A DNA stretch of 64,000 nucleotides from Lama glama (Eukaryota), in the NCBI GenBank assembly GCA_028534125.1, contig CM052816.1:58716001-58780000 (forward strand). The letters run 5' to 3'. The notes under the pieces are model-generated. The model was not told the DNA's origin. It ran no database searches and saw only the letters and a list, made by a program, of their open reading frames with translations. Within the stretch, counting starts at the first letter, position 1, and each line of letters begins with the position of its first letter. Positions 57,501-64,000 of this stretch are shown here, in pieces. The translations under genes were made by a program, and so were the position numbers.

Positions 57501-60500
57501 GAAGTGACTAAGACATCGATGAGGTCCTGTGGTTTTTCCATAATTCTTGATTCAACCTAGTGTACAACATGGTTTATTTTTAAGCTTATTTCATAGAGAA
57601 AAACTCATCAAAATCTATCTTTGTGACTCAAGGGCTTATAAATCAGGTGGTAATAATAGGTGGTTATTACTTTATGAAGGCTAAACCACCTTTTTACTAC
57701 TCTCTAGGCTCCTGAAATTTCGGGATTAATAATTTTAAAAGATAAATGTAAAGTTTTTCTGTGTTTAGAATTGAAATTGTCACTCATGCCTCTAAGCTGC
57801 TCTCCCTTCTGTTCTCATGCCTATATTCCAGTGTTTCTCAAAGCATAGGTCTCAGGTCACTTGTTTAACAATTATCTAATCTGCTAATTTAATCTACAAA
57901 TTGTTGGTAGTAATAAGTATTATTCCTTCAGCAAACAGGGATTTCCCAATTCTTTGATCAGTAGAACTTAACTGTCTGGCTTTGTTATTTAGTTGTTTTA
58001 TATACATTCCCTGAATTCTTAACTAGTTCCTGAGGGCCAGGGCAAGCCTGCTTTTTGCCTTCTTACATACTGCTGCATCATGCTGCCCCTCCCATTCCTT
58101 AAATAAATAGCTTTTTGTAAAACTGACTTTCTTTTCCCTGGAGTACTGTTCATGCAAAAAGTCACAAAACCTGATTAGAAAATGAAAATACTTACTTGCA
58201 TCAACCATTGAATTATATTCTAAGAGCTGTTGTTTTGTCTGTGCTCTTAGTCTGAAAACAGATAAAAAGAACAGAGTCATATATTTATTGACTGAGGTTT
58301 TACTCATTACTATAGAATAAACCAACTCATCTATTTTTGGAAGCTGATGTAACAAAAAGAGTATAAATAAACAGCATTAACCTAGTTTGGCCTCATTTTA
58401 TTTAAAATGAGCATAAAGAATTTTAAGGCCTGAGAAAAAGACACAAAATGAAATACTGTAGGAAAACAGAACCTGTGAGGAAAAGTTAAAAATTTGATTT
58501 TTAAATTTATTTCTAATGGGCCACACTGAAATGAGACTTAAAGAAAACTGCTACACAAAGAAATAGATGTTGGGGAGGGTGTAGCTCAGTGCTGGCATGC
58601 GTGCTTAGCACACATGAGGTCCTGGAAACGATCACCAGTACCTCCACATCTAATTACCTCCTCTCCACCACAACACACACACACAAATTTTTTTCAATCA
58701 CACAAAAACCTCCCCCTAAGAAACAAAGAAACACTATAATGGTGAAACCCCAAACACTATAATGATTTACAAACAGATTAAAACATTCTCAGGAGATACA
58801 GAAAAATAACATAGATACTAATCCTACGATAGATAAGTAACTCTAAGTTTTTTAGTTGTCCTATGATTCTACTTACTTAAGAATCAGACATAAAATAGGC
58901 AGAAGAGCTATGGGTAAAATAATAACTTACTAAGTTGTACTTACAAGATGTTTCACATTTACTTGGTGGTCATAATTCTGAAACTGTTTGTGACTTTGAG
59001 ACTTAAGTAGCTAAGAAATATTGGACAAATTTCTAAAGCTCCATGAAATACTTATGTTTCAAAATTCCAATTGAAAAGGACAATTTCTTAGAGTTTAAGT
59101 ACACTAACATTTTATGACACACTGAAAGAATAATCCTTTTTAGCTGAGATGGAAAAGATGTTGTATCTTTAATATTTTAGTACTTCATATTGTAGATTGA
59201 AGGGAAGGGAATTTTTATTTACTTATTTTTAGAAGTTTTTCAAAGATGTTTATGCAAAAGAAAAACAAACAAAAAAGAAAACAAAGACGTTTATGCAAAA
59301 GAATGTCTGTCTTTCTGCATCAGTGAATAGTAGTGCTCACTGGAATTTCCTAAAAACACAAAGACGAAGGCAAGTCCATATAGTAGGTCAGATGTCAAAG
59401 GAATGGGAAACAGGCTATTAGGTCACTCAGAGTTTTTGCTGCCTTTTTACTATACACTGTTCACCAGTGTTGGTCAGGTGGACTTTTGTGAGAGAACAGG
59501 GTTTGGTGGCCAGGACCTCTTTTGGGCATTTCTTCCTAAGTGGAATACACAATGGATTAAAGGAACAGGGGAGTAATACAGGGAAGCTACTCTTTCCAGC
59601 TCAGGAGTTGATGAAGTCTGTATATGGATTCAAGAAACCCATGGGATCCTCCAGCTGTGGATAGTGGCTAATGTGGTCATCCAGAATGGCTACTGGACTG
59701 TGGCAGCATTTTCCTATACAGCTTCAAAAACTCTGGATAGGGATTCCCCAGACCCAATGGCCCACAGATAAAATGAATGGGGATAGATAGAGGTAAGAGC
59801 TTGCATTCAGCTTCTTCTAAACTTCTTCCTCTGATTGATATACTGTAAGAGATTGCCCATGACCAAGTTCTCATCAGTGTTGCCATATAACTCCATTGAC
59901 AGAGACACTTTATGGTAAGCAGACCAGGTCAATTCTGCTTGAACCTACAGAGCAACTCCTGAGCAACAATATCTCCATAATCATGAGACAAAACGTTGAT
60001 CCCGCAGTTCTGGAGCCCCAGATGCCACCAAAGCTCCCCCATGATGCTGGCCTGCTGAAATACGGAATAGTGGTGTGGTCTCGAGTTATCACTGAAATCA
60101 AAGCCAAAGAAATCAAGGGCAATCACTTGATGAAACCTGAGGGTCAGACCTACCTATATCTTGTACCAGTCATAGCCAGATGTTGGAAAGCCAGGTAAAA
60201 GCCTGACTATCTCCAGACTTCCAACCATACCCAGAGTCTTGGTATAAGATGTGCAATCCCTTGTAGGTGAAAAACTTGCCTAACAAATTCCACGAGTTGA
60301 AGAGTAGGAGAAAGCTGGGGGTGAGGGGAAGGCGGAATGTGCAGACAGGCCACAAGCAGGGGCATGGCCAATAGCGCCACCTGGACCCACCACTCCCTCA
60401 TCCTGATTCAAAAAAGACCTGGACCACAAGACTCCATGTTTGGGGGAACCTGTTGTGCATTGATCGGTAGGATGGAATTTTTAAAGTGAGGTTGTGAGGT

Positions 60501-61481
60501 TTATTATTAGCCAAGTTCTTCCAAATCAATGGCAACACTGTAATACAGTTACAAAGCTTATTTAAAAAAAAAATCCCCGTTATGATTTAGCAGTCTGCAA
60601 ATTTTGTTTTTCTGTCAAGGGCCAGACACCAAATATTTTAGACTTTGTGAGTCATATGGTATCTGCTGTAACTACTCAACTCAGCCCTTGCAGCACAAAG
60701 TTGTGTTCCAGTAAAACTTTACTTAACGGCACTAAAACTTAATTTCATATAACTTTCACCTGTTATTCTTGTGATTTTTTCCCCTCAACCATTTTAACAC
60801 AAGAAACTATTCTCAGCTTGGGTGGTGGGGAGCACCCAAAAACAAAGTGTAGAATGGATATGGCCCAAGACCCTAGTTGCCCACAGGTGTATAAGATTGA
60901 TGTCCTTTTCATCAAATCTTCCTTTAGCAACAGCTTAGTTTAAGTATAAGCATTGCCTCCAGGTAGAAAATACAACAAATGAAGCCTCTGGATTGTAGGA
61001 CCGTAGCTATAAAAGAAAAGGGAGTAACTCAGATGAACCCCTCAAAACGGCTGGAAAATTGGGACCCTAGGACATGAGGGGATAAGAAAGGAGGCATTAA
61101 TTACAGCTCCATGGGATCTAAGGATCCCCTGCTAAAGGCTTGGCCCAGACTATCTCATTTAACCCCACAGCAACTCTGCTAGGAGGATCTCATTTTTCTC
61201 TTTTTCCAAGATGAAAAAAGGGGTAAAAGAGCGTAAGCGAATGAGGTAGTCACGCAGCCATTAGGTGGCCGAGACTAAATTCGAACCCTGGACCTTCTGA
61301 GCAAAGTGGGGGAGCTCTCTAGCTTGGATCCGGCCCAGCCGGCCAGAGGGAACAACCTGAGCAACAGGGTCATGCGGTCCTCGGGACGCGCCGCCTGGGC
61401 GCCGGCGACCTGCGGCGGCCCGCCTTCCCCTCCGGAGTCCGCGGGCTCGGCGGCGGCTTGCTCTTCGGATTGCTTCTCCAT
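45427..61481 (-). CDS. CENPH: Centromere protein H (CCAN subunit), 245 aa, 9 coding exons
   Basis: Exons 61357-61481, 58196-58251, 53983-54031, 53558-53632, 52058-52114, 49694-49757, 49305-49356, 47417-47580, 45427-45522 total 738 nt in one frame: [20 protein letters not shown]...[20 protein letters not shown]...[32 protein letters not shown]. Confidence 0.98.
47097..47215 (+). mobile_element. tRNA-derived SINE (vic-1-like)
   Basis: gggagggtatagctcagtggt..cttagcatgcacgaggtcc..ccccagtacctcc with A-rich tail. Confidence 0.88.
47417..47580 (-). CDS. CENPH: CENPH exon 8
   Basis: (Q)[54 protein letters not shown], 164 nt, tag/gtaaca flanks. Confidence 0.97.
48041..48488 (+). mobile_element. MER47-family (Tigger) DNA transposon
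   Basis: TA-flanked with degenerate terminal inverted repeats; same internal text as 42545-42998. Confidence 0.85.
49305..49356 (-). CDS. CENPH: CENPH exon 7
   Basis: [17 protein letters not shown], 52 nt, cag/gtatgt flanks. Confidence 0.96.
49694..49757 (-). CDS. CENPH: CENPH exon 6
   Basis: (S)[21 protein letters not shown], 64 nt, cag/gtaact flanks. Confidence 0.96.
50612..50897. mobile_element. Tigger2-like non-autonomous DNA transposon
   Basis: Terminal inverted repeats cagttgacccttgaac ... gttcaagagtcaagtg, flanked by TA. Confidence 0.8.
52058..52114 (-). CDS. CENPH: CENPH exon 5
   Basis: (R)[18 protein letters not shown](S), 57 nt, tag/gtatgg flanks. Confidence 0.96.
53558..53632 (-). 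CDS. CENPH: CENPH exon 4
   Basis: [24 protein letters not shown](R), 75 nt, cag/gtaatt flanks. Confidence 0.96.
53983..54031 (-). CDS. CENPH: CENPH exon 3
   Basis: (N)[15 protein letters not shown](A), 49 nt, tag/gtatgt flanks. Confidence 0.96.
54400..56480 (+). mobile_element. Old L1 3' region with nested MER3-like hAT element (about 56118-56288)
   Basis: L1 ORF2 and 3'UTR text throughout; ggccacatgtagctagtggctactgtattggacagcaca is a MER3-type end. Confidence 0.8.
58196..58251 (-). CDS. CENPH: CENPH exon 2
   Basis: (R)[18 protein letters not shown], 56 nt, cag/gtaagt flanks. Confidence 0.96.
58572..58685 (+). mobile_element. tRNA-derived SINE (vic-1-like), diverged
   Basis: ggggagggtgtagctcagtg..gtgcttagcacacatgaggtcctgg with (CA)n tail. 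Confidence 0.8.
59217..60461 (-). pseudogene. MEST: Processed pseudogene of MEST/PEG1 (alpha/beta-hydrolase) in CENPH intron 1
   Basis: Intronless fragments [16 protein letters not shown] (ATG 60401), [95 protein letters not shown]; frameshifts and stops at 59929-59931 and 59807-59809; 3'UTR remnant, A-rich tail about 59217-59240, degenerate TSD 59195-59216 / 60462-60482. Confidence 0.95.
60590..60885. mobile_element. MER58-like hAT element
   Basis: tttttctgtcaagggccagacaccaaatattttagactttgtg..actactcaactc..gttccagtaaaactt. Confidence 0.7.
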
Positions 61482-61920
61482 CCTCGGCTCGAAGGGCCAC
61501 CAGACAGCACTGGCAGCCGCTACCCAAGAAGGAGCCGCTTTTCCCGCCACTGAATCAACGCCCGGAAGGCGCCGGAGGGCCGTCGCGCCCCGCCCCACCC
61601 CTTCCGCCCCGCGGTCCCGCCCTCTCCGCGCCGGTCTCTGGTTGCCATGGTTGCTGCTGTCCCTCCTTTCGCCCTGGCTCTACTAGTTAAAACCGTTACA
61701 GACCGCTAGTAAAAAAAGATTGGAAGAACTTTAAGCGTCAGTTCTGTCGCGTGCTGGGCTAAGGGCTTGGCTGCAGTCTTTTGGGGGCCCTCTCCAGCTC
61801 TTGGCAATCGCGGCCCGGAGGGGAGAACCTCGACATCGGTGGGCTTTCAGCCTTGGCGCCTAGATAGCCGTTTTTGACCCATCTTACACCCCACTTCCAT
61901 CCGCGCCCTTGGAAGATGGG
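61320..61920 (-). promoter_or_regulatory. CENPH CpG-island promoter with cell-cycle motifs
   Basis: E2F TTTTCCCGCC 61539-61548, ETS CCGGAAG 61562-61568, GC boxes about 61587-61610, X-box-like GTTGCCATGGTTGC 61641-61654, MYB-like CCGTTA 61693-61698. Confidence 0.85.
61357..61481 (-). CDS. CENPH: CENPH coding exon 1
   Basis: [41 protein letters not shown](R); strong Kozak AGGATGG; donor AG/gttgtt fits phase with exon 2. Confidence 0.93.
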
Positions 61921-63129
61921 TGTGCCAGGCAGGCTGGGAGAGATCAACATTGGAGGGTTAAGTAGACTTCTTACTCTGAGCTCATTAAGTCCAGGACCCT
62001 CATTTGGCAGAGAAAGGAGTGGCCCAAGTTCAGATACGTACAGCCCCCTTACGAGGAGGCGGTGCAGGTACTTGAACCCCGGCTTCTAGTGTAAAATTCA
62101 GCTGTCAGAAAGATTCGCATTCTTAATATTGGGTGCCCTCAAGTGTCAGCTTGTTGACCTGGCTAACTACAGTTGAGCTTTCTTAGCTGAGCAATGACAG
62201 GGTAATAGAGAAAATGCAGGACATATAAACGCCTGATTGGTTTGTAGTTTTTCATTATGATCAGTTATGTAAAGGACACAATTTTTGTGGCACAAGCACA
62301 GCAACTCAGAGCTCTGAACAAGAGAGCCAAGTATTCCCTCCTATAGTTAGTTTCCCCTCGGTTATTCTTGATCACACAGTGCTCCCCTTTCTTCCTCTCC
62401 ATTGTCAAAGTAATACAGCTCTTAGTCAAAGATTCAAAAGTCATGGTAGGATGTAAAATTAAGATGTTAGGTTCACCACTCCTACTTTCAGGGTCCTGGA
62501 AGAACATTTTGCTTCACTTTTTTCTTCTACACAAGTGATCCTCACCTGCGCCCCCCCACCACTTGTTTAATCTGGCATGTCTTCCTAAATCTCACATTAA
62601 TCTCATCCTTTTAAGCAGTTGCCCATCAGGTGTCCACTGGCCAAATTTGGGACAAAGACTATGTAGTGATTCTCCAATCTAAGCATGCACCAGTCATGGG
62701 AAGGGCTGGTTAAAACAGATTGCTGAGTGCCTCTCCAAGTTACTGTTTCCAATGTGCACTTCTAACAAGTTCCAAAGTGATGTTTATGTTGCTGGTTGCA
62801 GATGACACTTTGAGAATCACTGCTGAAGTGGATTATAACAATTTTTTAAAAATCCAGAGTAAAACAAAAAAAGGTAGGTCTGTGGGTGGGAGCTCATCTT
62901 TACTGGATGTCCAATAATATAGAAAGGATGACAGAATTAAATTATTACCTTCATGTCACTTCCAGTGAGATAAATTATTTAAAGCATGTGTCATTAATGG
63001 ATGCTAAATTGAAAACAAAAAACAAAACAGCACCTTTACTGCAAGCTTATCTGGTATGATCAAACGTGGTATTACCAATAGTGTAACAATCTGATCGGTG
63101 ACTGTAATATGATGTATAAGTTGTACAAA

Positions 63130-64000
63130 TTCCTAATATAGTTGGCACAATGCATACCTGAACTTAACTGTGAAGAAACAATCAGACAAGAAATCTAGAA
63201 TGGAGGACATTCTACAAGACAAATGACCTAGGCAATGCATGTTAAAAAGCAGGGCAGTTATTCTATATGCAAAAATATATGAAACTTGATTTGACTGTGG
63301 ATTGGAAAAAAGTTCCTAAGACATTTTTGGAACAATTGAGGAAATTGGAATATGTATTACATGTTACACATGGAGTTAATTTTCTTTGTGTGATAAAAAG
63401 ATTGTGATTATTTAGGACCTTAATTCTTAGGAGATAGATGTATATTTTAAGGTGACATCTTGACACCTGAAATTTACTTTCAAATGGCTCTGAAAAAAAG
63501 CATTTATGTGCATGGGTGCACACACGTGTGTATATAACCCCCATACACACTTTCTCAACAGCTATATTTATTTGCCTACATAAATTACTAAAACTGTCTA
63601 TTTTAAAATTCTTTCTTATATCCACGGGATATTTATAAAAGTCAATCAAGAACTTATCTACATTGAAAACAGTTTCAAAAGGCTTTTTACAGACCACATC
63701 TCCAATGAAATAGAAATCACCAACATAAAGATGTCTGACAAAAATAAACTTAAAAAATAAGCAGTAAAATAATCTCCAGATCAAAGAGGACCACAAAAGA
63801 AATAAACAGCAATTGATAAAGAGGACTTTAGAAGCCAGCTATCTCAGAGGAAAATGTGCATATAAAGGCTTTTAGTACTAAAATACATCAAGTATTTAAC
63901 CTAAACTAGAAAATAAAGAAACCTAAAGAAAAACAGATGAGAATTAACATGAAAGCTAAAACATCAAAACCTGGTTCTTTCAAAACACCAGTAAAAGACC
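63130..64000 (+). mobile_element. Old L1 fragments
   Basis: atcagacaa..aggacattctacaa, agacatttttggaacaattgaggaaattggaat; A-rich L1-like text to the window end. Confidence 0.6.

Noticed and set aside
59896..60198. 100-aa plus-strand ORF
   Set aside because: Antisense shadow of the MEST pseudogene; non-ATG start and no independent support.
59601..60401. Functional MEST retrogene
   Set aside because: Multiple frameshifts, in-frame stops and a roughly 60-codon deletion.
61482..61598. 39-codon upstream in-frame extension of CENPH
   Set aside because: Starts at GTG within the promoter motifs; open frames are expected in GC-rich DNA, and the ATG at 61481 has strong context and matches the known N-terminus.
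63263..63796. 177-aa minus-strand ORF
   Set aside because: Lies antisense across decayed L1 and AT-rich sequence; non-ATG start and no recognisable domain.

Overview
Mammalian genomic DNA, most likely camelid given the vic-1-like tRNA-derived SINEs. It carries three intron-containing genes, all on the minus strand and in the order known from the human 5q13 block. CENPH is complete (9 coding exons, 61481->45427, 245 aa), MRPS36/KGD4 is complete (4 coding exons, 38103->26202, 102 aa), and CDK7 has coding exons 1-10 (21888->422) with its 3' end off the window. I assembled every exon by hand; all have GT-AG boundaries and compatible phases. Each gene has a CpG-island promoter. The rest is L1, L2, MIR, LTR and DNA-transposon remnants plus a 500-N gap. 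Less expected features: (1) a decayed processed copy of the imprinted gene MEST in CENPH intron 1, apparently from the upstream-promoter isoform and lacking about 60 codons; (2) a probable fossil Gypsy-type pol gene split by L1 insertions in CDK7 intron 8; (3) a structurally intact solo LTR about 0.9 kb upstream of MRPS36 in sense orientation; (4) a candidate L1 3' transduction; (5) several tail-only insertions flanked by target-site duplications (TSDs). Protein comparisons and repeat family names come from recall and by-eye alignment, not database searches, and most repeat boundaries are approximate.
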